Origin: Candidatus Falkowbacteria bacterium
Lineage (GTDB): Bacteria > Patescibacteriota > Patescibacteriia > Patescibacteriales > GWE2-39-37
DNA length: 64,000 nt
NCBI GenBank assembly: GCA_013336275.1
Contig: JAAXUA010000001.1
Location: forward strand, 270,167 to 334,166
Reading direction: 5' to 3'
The translations under genes and the position numbers were made by a program. The notes beneath the pieces were generated by a model. That model searched no databases. It had not been told where the DNA came from and saw nothing but the letters and a program-made list of their open reading frames with translations. This document shows positions 30,315-40,119 of the stretch, in pieces (within the stretch, counting starts at the first letter, position 1; each line of letters begins with the position of its first letter).

Positions 30315-30517
30315 TGTCTTACCTCCTCGTGGGGTGATTTTGACTACGTTGGTATTTTGCAGCTAACTTAAGCGCTAAATTCTGAAAAATTATCAAGGTG
30401 CGAATCGTAAACAATAACATAATATCGCAGCAATGTCAATACATAATCTTGCCTAAAATAAGCCAAAAAACATAAAAAAACAGGCCGGCAAATTGCCGGC
30501 CTGTCTGAATTTTTGGT

Positions 30518-31810
30518 TTACGCGTCCGACCAGTCTTGTCTAACCAAGAGCTCTTTGGCCTTGAGCGGCTCAGCCATTACTTCCTTAACTGCCTTTTCCA
30601 TGCGCATGGACTGTGAGCCTTTGACTAATACCAGGTCGCCCGCAAGCAAAAGGTCCTTCAGAAATACCTTCGCCTCTTCAGATGAGTCGAATTTGAAAAT
30701 ATTATCCTTGGTTATGCCGGCCTGCTCAGCCGCCTTGGCCGTCTCTTTAGAGCGCTCGCCTACCGCGATCAGGATGTCGATCTTATTCTCAGCAGCAGTG
30801 CGGCCGACACTACGATGCCCTTCTTGGGTAAAATGCCCCAGCTCCATCATGTCCCCCAGAACCGCGATTCTTCTCGCACCTTTAGCCAAGGGGATCTTGC
30901 CCACCACCTGCAAGGCAGCGATAGTGGGCTGCGGTGAGCCGTTATACGTATCATCGATAATCAATGTCTGCTTGATTCCGGGAATGATATTCATCCGCCC
31001 CTTAGGAGACCGCAAATTGCGGAGAGCCTGGGCGATTTCGACCAGGTTCATGCCATAAGTTACGCCAACGGCAGCGCCAGCCAAAGCGGCGTAAATCGCG
31101 CCATACCCCAACACTTTAGGCAGAAGCACGGGCACGATCGAGCCGTCGTAGCTCAGCTTGAAACTGACGCCAGCCAAGCCTTCATGGTCATCCTGATGTT
31201 CGAAACTGAAGAATATCTCGACGGCGCGGACCGAAGCCTTCTGATCGAAACCGTAGGTCAGCGTCTTGGCTTTGCTTGCTTTGCCGATAGCCCGGCAACG
31301 CTCGTCGTCATAATTGACTATCGCCCAGCCGTCGTTGGGCAGGGCCGAGACCAAACCGCCTTTCTCTTTCTCTATTTTCTCGATAGTTCCGAAATGCTCC
31401 AGGTGCATCGGTCCGATCAGGGTGACCACGCCAAGCTTGGGTCTGACGAAGTCCGTCAGATACGCCATGTCGCCAGGCTGATCGACACCCATCTCCAAGA
31501 CCAGGATATCCGGGTAGGTCTTGTCCTTTTTGATGATCAGGCTGGTCGCTTTCAAAAAAACCTTGATCCAGCCCAAAAGCGAGCGGCCGGGCGACTCGAT
31601 GCCGATGATGGTCAAAGGCAAACCGATTTCGTTATTGTAATTCTTGATATTCTGCCGGACTTGGAATTTGCTCGATAGAACCGTATAGATCGCCTCGCGC
31701 GAGCTGGTCTTGCCAGCGCTGCCAGTGACACCGATAACCTCAGGCTGATACTTGCGCAGAATCATCCTTGACCAGAATCTCAATTTCCATTGTAATATTT
31801 TTTTGAACAT
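30518..31810 (-). CDS. murF: UDP-MurNAc-tripeptide--D-Ala-D-Ala ligase
   Basis: GVTGSAGKT, NNEIGLPLT, LEMG, DDTYN, LGDMMELG, KGSQ. Confidence 0.93.
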   Translation of the reverse strand: MFKKILQWKLRFWSRMILRKYQPEVIGVTGSAGKTSSREAIYTVLSSKFQVRQNIKNYNNEIGLPLTIIGIESPGRSLLGWIKVFLKATSLIIKKDKTYPDILVLEMGVDQPGDMAYLTDFVRPKLGVVTLIGPMHLEHFGTIEKIEKEKGGLVSALPNDGWAIVNYDDERCRAIGKASKAKTLTYGFDQKASVRAVEIFFSFEHQDDHEGLAGVSFKLSYDGSIVPVLLPKVLGYGAIYAALAGAAVGVTYGMNLVEIAQALRNLRSPKGRMNIIPGIKQTLIIDDTYNGSPQPTIAALQVVGKIPLAKGARRIAVLGDMMELGHFTQEGHRSVGRTAAENKIDILIAVGERSKETAKAAEQAGITKDNIFKFDSSEEAKVFLKDLLLAGDLVLVKGSQSMRMEKAVKEVMAEPLKAKELLVRQDWSDA

Positions 31811-31814
31811 ATGC

Positions 31815-33716
31815 TTATTTTTTGCTTTCGATCTTGCGTTCTTGCGGTACCTGATAGTAGTTTAATACAAAAGTGGCGATTTCGCCAAATAGCGGCACGG
31901 CTGAACTTTCGGCGAATTTAGAATCTTTCGGGTCGTCCAAACGGGTGAGCATCACGAATTTCGGGCTGTTGGCTGGCGCATAACCGATGAAAGTCTGGAT
32001 CGTCTGATCGCCATAACCCTTCTTGTCCTTAGAGGCAACTTGGGCGGTGCCGGTCTTGCCGGCCACGTAGTAGCCGGGGACCTTGGCACGCTTGGCATGG
32101 CCGTTCTCAACGGCATTGACCAGCATTCCAGTCATCAGGGTTGCCGTACGGTTGGAAATCACACGCCTGACCTGGGTCGACTGGGTAACTATCTGTCCGC
32201 CATCAGGAGAGATGATGGCCTTGACCAAGAACGGCTTCATCAGCATTCCCCCGTTGGCGATGACGGCGTACGAATTTATCATCTGGATCGGGGTGGCTGT
32301 TATGCCCTGGCCGAAAGATGCCGTAGCGGCCGCGACCGGTTTGATTTTTTTTCCTGTCATGCTGATGATATTGCCCGCCGTCTCGGTTTCAAGTTCGATG
32401 CCGGTCTTTTCGCCGAAGCCGAACCGTTTGAGATACTCGGCGAACATTGGCGCGCCGATCGATTGCATGGCGAAATATGAACCGGTATTCAATGAATCTT
32501 GCAGGACGATATTCATGCTGGTAACGCCGTGGCCGCCCTTACTTTCATAATCAGAATTCTTGATCGGCTTAGGCCAGCCGTCGACCATGATATAGCCTTT
32601 GTCGGTGTAAGTAGTGTTGGGGCCAACCTTGACCTGATCGACAGCCGCTGCCATCGTGATAGCCTTGAAGGTTGAGCCTGGCTCGTAGCTGTCGAAGATG
32701 ACCGGATTGTTGAACACCTCGATCTTTTCCACTTCACGGTAATTATTGGGGTCGAAGTCAGGCACGGCACACATCGCGATGATGGCGCCGGTTTTCGGCT
32801 CCATGATCACCACGCTGCCGCCATTGGCGCCATGGCGATCGACGGCGGCCTTGAGCAGGCGGCAGGTCTCGAACTGGACCGATCGATTGATAGTCAAAAT
32901 CAAGTCGCTGCCGTCGGTAACCTTGTCGAGCTGATCCGTCTTGAGCATGGCGTCGCCCGAGGCGCTTTTATCGACATTCATGGTAGCACTGCTCCCAGAT
33001 AATTCTCTTTCAAAAAACCCTTCGAGGCCGTAGCGGCCGCGCCTAGTATCATCCATATATCCTAAAAAGCCCAAGACGTGCGATCCGACATTCCTCTCGG
33101 GGTAGTAGCGGTCTTGGAACATGTCATAATTCAAGCCTTCGATCTTGAGAGCCTTGATCGCCAAAGCCTCTTCTTCCTCGACTTTTTTCGATATCGGGAC
33201 ATAAGGGTCGTCTTTTTTGCCCAGAACAGCCAGATATTCATTTATGATTTTTTCTTTGCGCTGGCGCAGTTCCAGCTCTTTCTTGACCTGCCTGAATTCG
33301 GCGGTGGATGAAGCCATGGTCGGGTCGTTGGCAATCAAATCATCGATTTCGCGTTCGACACGCTTCTGATTATAGGTCGAGTAAAGCGCTTCAGCGGCGG
33401 CAGGGACATCTTTGATCAGGGACGGTTTGGCATAGATGGTGGCGAACTGCTTGTTCGTCGCCAAGGGGAAAAGTTCGCCGTTGGCCTTGAATTCCTGACT
33501 GTCCTGGATGAAGACGCGGCCGCGCTTCGGCAGCAGCGTGCTGACTCCCTGCTGTTGCCTTTGAGCCAACGCCACATAGCGGCCGTGCTGACGGATTTGC
33601 AAGTCGTATAATTTATAGATAGCCGTTGCGCCCAACAAAAAAACAACCGCCATTATGAACCTAATGCGATTATCTTGCGTTGCGTTCTTCTTGTTGTTAC
33701 GTTGCCGGAATGACAT
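31815..33716 (-). CDS. ftsI: Class B penicillin-binding protein
   Basis: RYYP, YEPGSTFK (SxxK), SLN, KTGTAQ; dcw context. Confidence 0.88.
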   Translation of the reverse strand: MSFRQRNNKKNATQDNRIRFIMAVVFLLGATAIYKLYDLQIRQHGRYVALAQRQQQGVSTLLPKRGRVFIQDSQEFKANGELFPLATNKQFATIYAKPSLIKDVPAAAEALYSTYNQKRVEREIDDLIANDPTMASSTAEFRQVKKELELRQRKEKIINEYLAVLGKKDDPYVPISKKVEEEEALAIKALKIEGLNYDMFQDRYYPERNVGSHVLGFLGYMDDTRRGRYGLEGFFERELSGSSATMNVDKSASGDAMLKTDQLDKVTDGSDLILTINRSVQFETCRLLKAAVDRHGANGGSVVIMEPKTGAIIAMCAVPDFDPNNYREVEKIEVFNNPVIFDSYEPGSTFKAITMAAAVDQVKVGPNTTYTDKGYIMVDGWPKPIKNSDYESKGGHGVTSMNIVLQDSLNTGSYFAMQSIGAPMFAEYLKRFGFGEKTGIELETETAGNIISMTGKKIKPVAAATASFGQGITATPIQMINSYAVIANGGMLMKPFLVKAIISPDGGQIVTQSTQVRRVISNRTATLMTGMLVNAVENGHAKRAKVPGYYVAGKTGTAQVASKDKKGYGDQTIQTFIGYAPANSPKFVMLTRLDDPKDSKFAESSAVPLFGEIATFVLNYYQVPQERKIESKK

Positions 33717-33732
33717 TGTAATGGCTAATGGC

Positions 33733-34050
33733 TCATTTCAATGCCACCGCCGGATTGGCATTGAGATATTTGACCTGGTCGACTTTGACCATTGCCAAGT
33801 CGGCGATCCGCTGAGCCAGATTATTATATGAACTTAGGGACATGGCCTTGACCTCGAGCTGATTAATCTCGTTCCTGACGGCATTAGCTTTCCGCCTCTC
33901 TTCTAATAGCATGTAGTTCTTGATCGACAAGTCGTTGATGCCGACCAGATAAGCGATGCCGCAGACTACCATAGCCAATAATAGTACCCGATTATAAACG
34001 TGCAGATTTTTCAAATTTTTGGTTTTTGAGATTTTTTTGGAGCGTGACAT
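33733..34050 (-). CDS. FtsL-like cell division protein
   Basis: Basic N-terminus, single TM, coiled coil; lies between rsmH and ftsI. Confidence 0.7.
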   Translation of the reverse strand: MSRSKKISKTKNLKNLHVYNRVLLLAMVVCGIAYLVGINDLSIKNYMLLEERRKANAVRNEINQLEVKAMSLSSYNNLAQRIADLAMVKVDQVKYLNANPAVALK

Positions 34051-34059
34051 TATTTTATT

Positions 34060-35010
34060 TTATATCCTGGCCGCAGCTCTTAGCTTGGCGCTGCGGGCGC
34101 GAGGGTTATTATTGACTTCTTCTTCAGTCGGCAGGACCGGTTTCTTGGTCAGGCTTTTCATGGTGGCCCGATGATCGCAGCTGCAGACCGGCAAGGTGGG
34201 CGGGCAGACGCAATCAATTGTCTGCTCGCGGATGAACTGCTTGACGATGCGATCTTCGAGACTGTGATAACTGACCACCACTAGTCTTCCGCCAGGCTTC
34301 AAGAGTTCCAGCGATTGCGCCAACACCAGCTCCAGGCTTTCGAGTTCCCGGTTAGTGGCGATACGCAAGGCCTGGAAGGTCTTGGTAGCGAAATGCTTCT
34401 GTCCGTGCCTAGCCTTGGGCGGTAAGGAATACTCGATGGCGGAAATCAGCTGCCCGGTCGTGGTTATCGGTGACTTGTCCCGAGCCCGGACTATTGCCCT
34501 GGCAATGGCTCGCGAATGGGACTCCTCGCCGTATTGGCGCAAGATGCGCTCAAGCTCCTTTTCCGTCCAGCCGTTCACTATCGCCTCGGTCGTTTCGACG
34601 CTCCTCTTTGCGCCGCCGAAACTCATATCGAGCGGGGTGTCCGCCTGGAAAGAAAAGCCACGTTCACGGTCGGCTAGCTGGGCTGATGACAGCCCCAAGT
34701 CCAGCACTAGTCCATCGAAGCCGCCGATCTTTTCCAACCAACCTTCGGCTTCTAGGTTCTCTTTCATCCGACTGAAATTGTCAGGGATCACATGTATGTT
34801 ATCAATTCCTGATGCCTTGATGATTTCGGCCTGATCGTGGGCCAAGGGGTCCAAGTCGAATCCGATGACTTGTCCGGGCTGACATTCGCCCGCAATGCGC
34901 TTGCTATAGCCGCCGCCGCCGAAAGTCCCGTCCAGATAGTTGCCGCCTTTGACCGGCTCCAGATATTCCATGACTTCGTCGAGCATTGCCGGCGTATGAT
35001 AACTGGACAT
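34060..35010 (-). CDS. rsmH: 16S rRNA m4C1402 methyltransferase
   Basis: DGTFGGGGYS, DLGLSS, FQALRIATNREL, SYHSLEDR, NPRARSAKLR. Confidence 0.97.
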   Translation of the reverse strand: MSSYHTPAMLDEVMEYLEPVKGGNYLDGTFGGGGYSKRIAGECQPGQVIGFDLDPLAHDQAEIIKASGIDNIHVIPDNFSRMKENLEAEGWLEKIGGFDGLVLDLGLSSAQLADRERGFSFQADTPLDMSFGGAKRSVETTEAIVNGWTEKELERILRQYGEESHSRAIARAIVRARDKSPITTTGQLISAIEYSLPPKARHGQKHFATKTFQALRIATNRELESLELVLAQSLELLKPGGRLVVVSYHSLEDRIVKQFIREQTIDCVCPPTLPVCSCDHRATMKSLTKKPVLPTEEEVNNNPRARSAKLRAAARI

Positions 35011-35011
35011 A

Positions 35012-35443
35012 CTAAACGTCAAGTTCGCCTAGAGCCTCGGCAATATCGCCGCTCTTGGCCTCGGTGCCTTCTTTGTAAGCCTCCCAGACTGACTCGTCCC
35101 AGATTTCCAAGCGGTCGAACAGGCCGGCTACGACCGTCGTTTTATTCAAGCCAGCGAATTTGCGCAGATGTTCCGGCAGGATGATGCGGCCCTGGCTGTC
35201 GAAATCGACTTCGGCGGCTCCGGCCAGCATCAAACGGGCAAAGGCGCGGGTATTGGCTTTGCCGATCGGCAAAGCGGCTAATTTTCTAGCTAGCTGCTCC
35301 CATTCTTTTTTCGGGTAAAGGAACAAGCAATTGTCCAAACCCTTAGTCACTACGGCTCCACCCTCCAAAAGCACGCGAAATTTAGCTGGTATTGCCAGCC
35401 TCCCTTTTGCGTCTAGGTTGTGCTTGTACTCTCCGATAAACAT
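35012..35443 (-). CDS. mraZ: Transcriptional regulator MraZ
   Basis: MFIGEY, DAKGRL, DSQGRI, RLEIW. Confidence 0.97.
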   Translation of the reverse strand: MFIGEYKHNLDAKGRLAIPAKFRVLLEGGAVVTKGLDNCLFLYPKKEWEQLARKLAALPIGKANTRAFARLMLAGAAEVDFDSQGRIILPEHLRKFAGLNKTTVVAGLFDRLEIWDESVWEAYKEGTEAKSGDIAEALGELDV

Positions 35444-35584
35444 AAGCGGTGTTTTCGCCCTTAGGGCTCAAGAGGAGTGCGGCTAGCCGGGCTAGCCAAA
35501 CCCCTTTTGTGCCTTACATTTCGATAAGGCTGACAAGCATGGGTAAACGGGCTAGGCGAGTGAGCGGGAGGCGATTGGATAATC

Positions 35585-35662
35585 CTCCACTTTTCCCCAC
35601 TTTTCACCTTTCTTATTTCATTCTACCCCACGAACAAACCGAAGTCAACCACTTTCCACCAC
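35585..35662 (-). promoter_or_regulatory. dcw promoter with MraZ-binding GTGG repeats
   Basis: TTGACT(35648-35643)-17 nt-TAGAAT(35625-35620); GTGG boxes at 35662, 35652, 35631, 35600 and 35590, roughly in 10-nt phase. Confidence 0.75.
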
Positions 35663-35792
35663 TTTGCCATCATAATCAATTAGCCAACATTAAACAAAAA
35701 AAATAAAAAAATCACCCCCTAGCCAGTGGTGGGGATGATTTTTATAGAGAAAATTAAGCTGTTACCTATTCTTATCCACAGTTGGAGCTGTT

Positions 35793-36164
35793 TTAAAGGC
35801 TTTTTTTCTTAACGACGAAATCCGGAGTATTGTCGTAAATCGGTTCGACATAGGCCTTATCTGGCTGCTTTTCGTTCCTGACCGTACCCTCAACCGGAAC
35901 CTGCAAGGCATAGGCCATGGCGTTGGCCGTGACAATGCCGATACGCAATGAAGTGAAGCTGCCCCCTTGGTTAGCCACGATGATTTTCTCCAGATCGATC
36001 ATGCGAATCCCGGCTTTGGCCAAGGCCCGGTCGATAGCTGGCAACAATTCTTCCGACTGCCGTCTGCGCGCTGGCACTTTCTCCTCGGCGATCAGGTCTG
36101 CATCCCTATATACAGCCGCAGTCAGAGCCTCGGGGTCCGTAGTGTCTATTTTTAAGATATTCAT
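35793..36164 (-). CDS. tsaB: tRNA t6A modification protein TsaB (short form)
   Basis: LKIDT, SEELLPAID, GGSFTSLRIGIVTANA, EPIY. Confidence 0.8.
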   Translation of the reverse strand: MNILKIDTTDPEALTAAVYRDADLIAEEKVPARRRQSEELLPAIDRALAKAGIRMIDLEKIIVANQGGSFTSLRIGIVTANAMAYALQVPVEGTVRNEKQPDKAYVEPIYDNTPDFVVKKKSL

Positions 36165-36227
36165 AATATTGATTTACGCTCTAAAGGATTCTTAACATAT
36201 TAAAAAGAAAAAATAAAGGCTTAAAAC

Positions 36228-36257
36228 AAACCGGCCCGCCTGAATGGCGGGCCGGTT
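36228..36257. terminator. Hairpin, probable terminator
   Basis: AACCGGCCCGCC-tgaat-GGCGGGCCGGTT downstream of the GT4 gene; T-run on the minus strand. Confidence 0.7.
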
Positions 36258-36276
36258 ATCTATATTTTTATTTTCT

Positions 36277-37452
36277 TTAAAACAAGAGATGCATCAGCTG
36301 TCCGATGATTTTCATCCGCGGAAAGCGTCGGCGCTGGGACTTCTTCTCTTTCAGCGCCTCATCGTAGACTCGTTCGACGCCAGTGGTGATGTCATTCCAA
36401 TTATAGTATTTAATGACATGCTGGCGGTTACGATCGCGGCTTTGGGCTACGTCTGCCGGATTATCAAGCATCTGCTGCAGCTTGTCGCGCAGGTCGCGGA
36501 TGCTCTTGTTCTTGAAGACATAATCCGTACCGGGCAGCGCCTCGAGATTTTCAGGAATATCGCTCACCAGAACGGCTTGGCGGTAAGCCATGGCCTCAAG
36601 CAAGGCGATCGATAAGCCTTCCGATTCGGAGGGCTGGACAAAAGCATAGGCGTGGCTGAAAAGCTGTTTGAGGTCTTCGCCCGACTGGTTGCCGGTGAAG
36701 ATAACCCGTGGATCGCCCTCGGCCAATCGATGGATCTGGGAGACATACTTATCGGTAAAGGCGCTATCGCCGACGATGACCAGTTTCTTGTCGGTCTCGA
36801 TCTTCTTGAACGCCTCAATCAGGTAATGGACGCCCTTGTGCTTGACCAGTCGCGAAACGGCCAGGATATAACTTTCCGATTCAAGCCCCCATTGGGCTAA
36901 AGCCGATTTTTCGCTGACAGGCTCGACGGCAACGCCGTTCGGCACATAGGTGGTCTCCTGCTCGTACTTCTCATTGGCGTACCGCTGCAAGGTCCTTGAG
37001 ACCGCAATGGTCCGGTCAGACAGCTTGCAACATACCAATTCGCCGAAGCGGAGATAGAATTTGGCCAGGCTGTTCCATTTCTGGTGCATGTAGCACTGGG
37101 TGTGAAAAGTGGCGACGACCGGAGTCCGCGGCTTCAAGAGCTTCACCAGCCAGAGGAGCGACGACGGTCCGATGGAGTGGAAGTGAACCACATCGACGTC
37201 GCGGCGGGCGACGTCGAGGCAGGCTAGGAATGTGTGGCTGATCGCATCCAAGTGTTTGGAATTGACGCTCGGGAGGCTGATCAGATTGACGCCGCGAAAG
37301 GACGCAAGGTCAGCCGGGGTGTAGTTGCGGCGAGTGTAGACGTACACTTCATGGCCGCGCTGCACCAGGTTGGTAGCCAGATCCTCGACGTGCTTTTCCA
37401 CGCCGCCGAATTTGGCTGGTATTCCCTTTTGTCCGATAACGGCTATTTTCAT
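36277..37452 (-). CDS. Glycosyltransferase family 4
   Basis: GQKGIPAKFGGVE, SRLVKHKG, EGLSIALLEAM. Confidence 0.92.
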   Translation of the reverse strand: MKIAVIGQKGIPAKFGGVEKHVEDLATNLVQRGHEVYVYTRRNYTPADLASFRGVNLISLPSVNSKHLDAISHTFLACLDVARRDVDVVHFHSIGPSSLLWLVKLLKPRTPVVATFHTQCYMHQKWNSLAKFYLRFGELVCCKLSDRTIAVSRTLQRYANEKYEQETTYVPNGVAVEPVSEKSALAQWGLESESYILAVSRLVKHKGVHYLIEAFKKIETDKKLVIVGDSAFTDKYVSQIHRLAEGDPRVIFTGNQSGEDLKQLFSHAYAFVQPSESEGLSIALLEAMAYRQAVLVSDIPENLEALPGTDYVFKNKSIRDLRDKLQQMLDNPADVAQSRDRNRQHVIKYYNWNDITTGVERVYDEALKEKKSQRRRFPRMKIIGQLMHLLF

Positions 37453-37463
37453 ATGTTTATGCT

Positions 37464-39986
37464 CTAAGGTTTAGTTACGATGACCGGGCCTGAATTAAGC
37501 AAGTTCTGGTCGATAGTGGCCACGATATAGAATTCACTGCGATAGATGACGTTGGCCCAAGTCGAGCCGACCCTGACTCCGCCTTCGGTGCCGAAGTTGT
37601 AGCCATAGATGTAGACTGCGCCGGTCACCTGGTTGAGCTCTTTGACGAACTCGACCGAGCGGACGACCTTGCGGATCGAGACCGGACCGAAGTCGGATTC
37701 ATTGCTGGTGTAATCGCCGACTCTGACCGAAACGTAACCATAATGGTAAGTATCCAGGATCTTGACCCGGATCTCCTGCCCATCGACCGTCGGATAGACG
37801 CCGATCATCTGGACTTTAGGATTGATTACGGTATGGTTCTGGTCGGCATACTTATAGGTAATGACGTTCTCGCGCGGATTGATCGAGAAGCCGTAGCCCC
37901 TGATGGTCAGGATGCCGGTGTTCAAGTCGATCTGGGCGTCGGTCACGGTCGGACGGACCGACAAGCTGACCTTGCCATCATCCTGCCAGCGGTCATAACG
38001 CAGGTTGACTGATGAATACTTGTTGGAAATCGCCATCGGAGCGGTCAAGCTGACGACCGTGCCATTGGCACCGACAGTCAGGCTGCTCGGGGTGACTTCG
38101 ACCTTCTCGCTGGTGGTCAGGGTAAAGATGACCTTGGCCAGATTGATATTGCTGCCGACGCCGTAGGCGGTGATAAGCATAGGCTGTCCCGGCTGGACCG
38201 GCTCTGGAGTCACGTTGACGATTTTAGGAATTATTTCCAAAGGCAGATAATTCGATTTCTGGCCGTTCATGACGATAGCGACGAAGCCGGTTTGGGCGCT
38301 GTTGGGTACGACGACGGAGATTACGCCGTTGGCGTTCTTCAGCACGGGAGCGGCGACACGCTGGCCATAACCTTGGAATTCGATAGCGGTCGATGAGCTG
38401 GCATCAGGATTGACGCCCTCGGCCGTCAGGGTGATGGTCTCGCCGATAGCAGCCGCCGGCAGCCTTTCGGCAGTCTCAGTCGAGAAGCGGCTGTTCTTGG
38501 CAGCGATAGTCTTCAAACGCGGCTTGGCCGAGTAAGACAAGGCCTGGCCTTTATCGGAAACGACGCCGTTGACCGTGACGGTCACGGTGGCCGAGTTGGC
38601 ATTCTTCAAGGCCTTGACCTCTATCAGCTCATCCTTTTCGAAGATGTCGACGACCTTGGCAGTCTCGGTGCCGATGGCCTTGCCTTGGCTGTTCCAGTAA
38701 GTCACGACCGGACGATTGGCGATGCCTTTGCCGTAGATCAGGAGCTTATCGCCGACCTGGTCGTAGCCGCGCTGGCTCCAAACCATCTTATATATGACCG
38801 GCTTGACCTTGTAGGCCACAGCCGCCGTGCGGTTCTCTGTGCTCTTGCCGGCTACGTTCTGGAACGAGGTCTGCATGAACATGCTGCCCGCGACCACGCC
38901 GGTCGGAAGCTTGACGGTAACGTAATTCAATTGGGAATCGAAGCGGATCGGCTTGAGCCAGTTGTCCCACTGCTTGCCTGTCTTGTCCGTCACGCGGACG
39001 ACGACGAAGCTGGCGTCGGTAGCCGGACTGAAACCGGTCACGCGGATTGTGGCGTCCTGGTCCGCCTCGAGCATCGACGGGATCAACTCGATGATTTTAG
39101 GCACGACATTGTAATTGAATTGTCCCGCCAGCTGGCCCTTGATATAGACTTTGCCGACTCCGCCGAATGTCTGCTGATAGAAGCTGAAATAGGCCACGGC
39201 GCCAGTCATGCTGTCGATGCGGAATTTCTTCCTCTCCGGCTGGCCGGAAGTCGGATTATAATATGGGAGCTCGACTTCGATATCATTCTCAGTCAGATAG
39301 CTCAAATTGTTGAATTGCAGCGCTTTCCTGGTGTCGCCGATGGAGCCGCGAACTTCGGAAGTTGCCAGTTTGCTCGAGAGCTCGACCAGCGAGACGCCGT
39401 CGATGAACATGGTTGTGCCTGAAGCGATATCGCCGAAGGCGAAGACCAGAAGCCCAGGCTCTGAGGCCGTAATTTCCGGCACGACGATCTGGCTATATTC
39501 ATTATAATCAGTGCCGACCGACTGTTCGAACAGGGGCGTTCTTGGAACGTAGGTCGAACTGTTCTCCAAATAGACCGAAAGTTTGCTCGGCACGGAAGCT
39601 TTAGCATAATATCGCAGCCAGTACTGCTTGCCGGCCTCCATCAGAAAGGAGTTGGATTTGGAACCGACTAGTCCGGCACTGGCACGGTTGCCAGCTGCAC
39701 CGGAAACTTCAACTCCGGCTGCGTATGATCCCTGCCCGAAAGCCGGTTCATAGGAACGGAACAAAGTATATTGGCGAGTAGCGGCTGTCTGCCAGACTCC
39801 CCAGCTCGTATAGAGGTCAGTTTCAAAACTGCCACCTTTTATCATGTTCGCGCCTGGTTTGGTGGGCAGAGGGACGGCATCGGCGGCGTTGGCTGTAAGC
39901 ACAACTCCTTGAGCCACCACTGAGACGATCAATAGGAGCGAAACGATCGATTTGATTTTTGCTTTCAGACTACTTAGGTAGTTCAT
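37464..39986 (-). CDS. Large secreted protein with CBM4/9-like domain and IPT/TIG-like repeats
   Basis: Signal peptide; NMIKGGSFE...FIDGVSL; repeated 'P.I......GD.L.I.G.GF' beta-rich units. Confidence 0.65.
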   Translation of the reverse strand: MNYLSSLKAKIKSIVSLLLIVSVVAQGVVLTANAADAVPLPTKPGANMIKGGSFETDLYTSWGVWQTAATRQYTLFRSYEPAFGQGSYAAGVEVSGAAGNRASAGLVGSKSNSFLMEAGKQYWLRYYAKASVPSKLSVYLENSSTYVPRTPLFEQSVGTDYNEYSQIVVPEITASEPGLLVFAFGDIASGTTMFIDGVSLVELSSKLATSEVRGSIGDTRKALQFNNLSYLTENDIEVELPYYNPTSGQPERKKFRIDSMTGAVAYFSFYQQTFGGVGKVYIKGQLAGQFNYNVVPKIIELIPSMLEADQDATIRVTGFSPATDASFVVVRVTDKTGKQWDNWLKPIRFDSQLNYVTVKLPTGVVAGSMFMQTSFQNVAGKSTENRTAAVAYKVKPVIYKMVWSQRGYDQVGDKLLIYGKGIANRPVVTYWNSQGKAIGTETAKVVDIFEKDELIEVKALKNANSATVTVTVNGVVSDKGQALSYSAKPRLKTIAAKNSRFSTETAERLPAAAIGETITLTAEGVNPDASSSTAIEFQGYGQRVAAPVLKNANGVISVVVPNSAQTGFVAIVMNGQKSNYLPLEIIPKIVNVTPEPVQPGQPMLITAYGVGSNINLAKVIFTLTTSEKVEVTPSSLTVGANGTVVSLTAPMAISNKYSSVNLRYDRWQDDGKVSLSVRPTVTDAQIDLNTGILTIRGYGFSINPRENVITYKYADQNHTVINPKVQMIGVYPTVDGQEIRVKILDTYHYGYVSVRVGDYTSNESDFGPVSIRKVVRSVEFVKELNQVTGAVYIYGYNFGTEGGVRVGSTWANVIYRSEFYIVATIDQNLLNSGPVIVTKP

Positions 39987-40119
39987 ACGGTTTCGCTTAG
40001 AAAATTAAAGCCATCGACGAAATATATCGATAAACAATCTATACTACTATAAACAGAATGTTTTGTCAAGGGTTTTCGTGATTAATTACTATTTTTTATT
40101 TAATATTAGCTATTTAAAT

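Noticed and set aside
35585..35670. CCAC repeats as a possible CRISPR or iteron array
   Set aside because: Short 10-nt-phased boxes around the mraZ promoter, explained as MraZ operators.
35772..35780. Perfect DnaA box TTATCCACA
   Set aside because: Only one copy seen, with no dnaA/dnaN nearby; not enough to call an origin.
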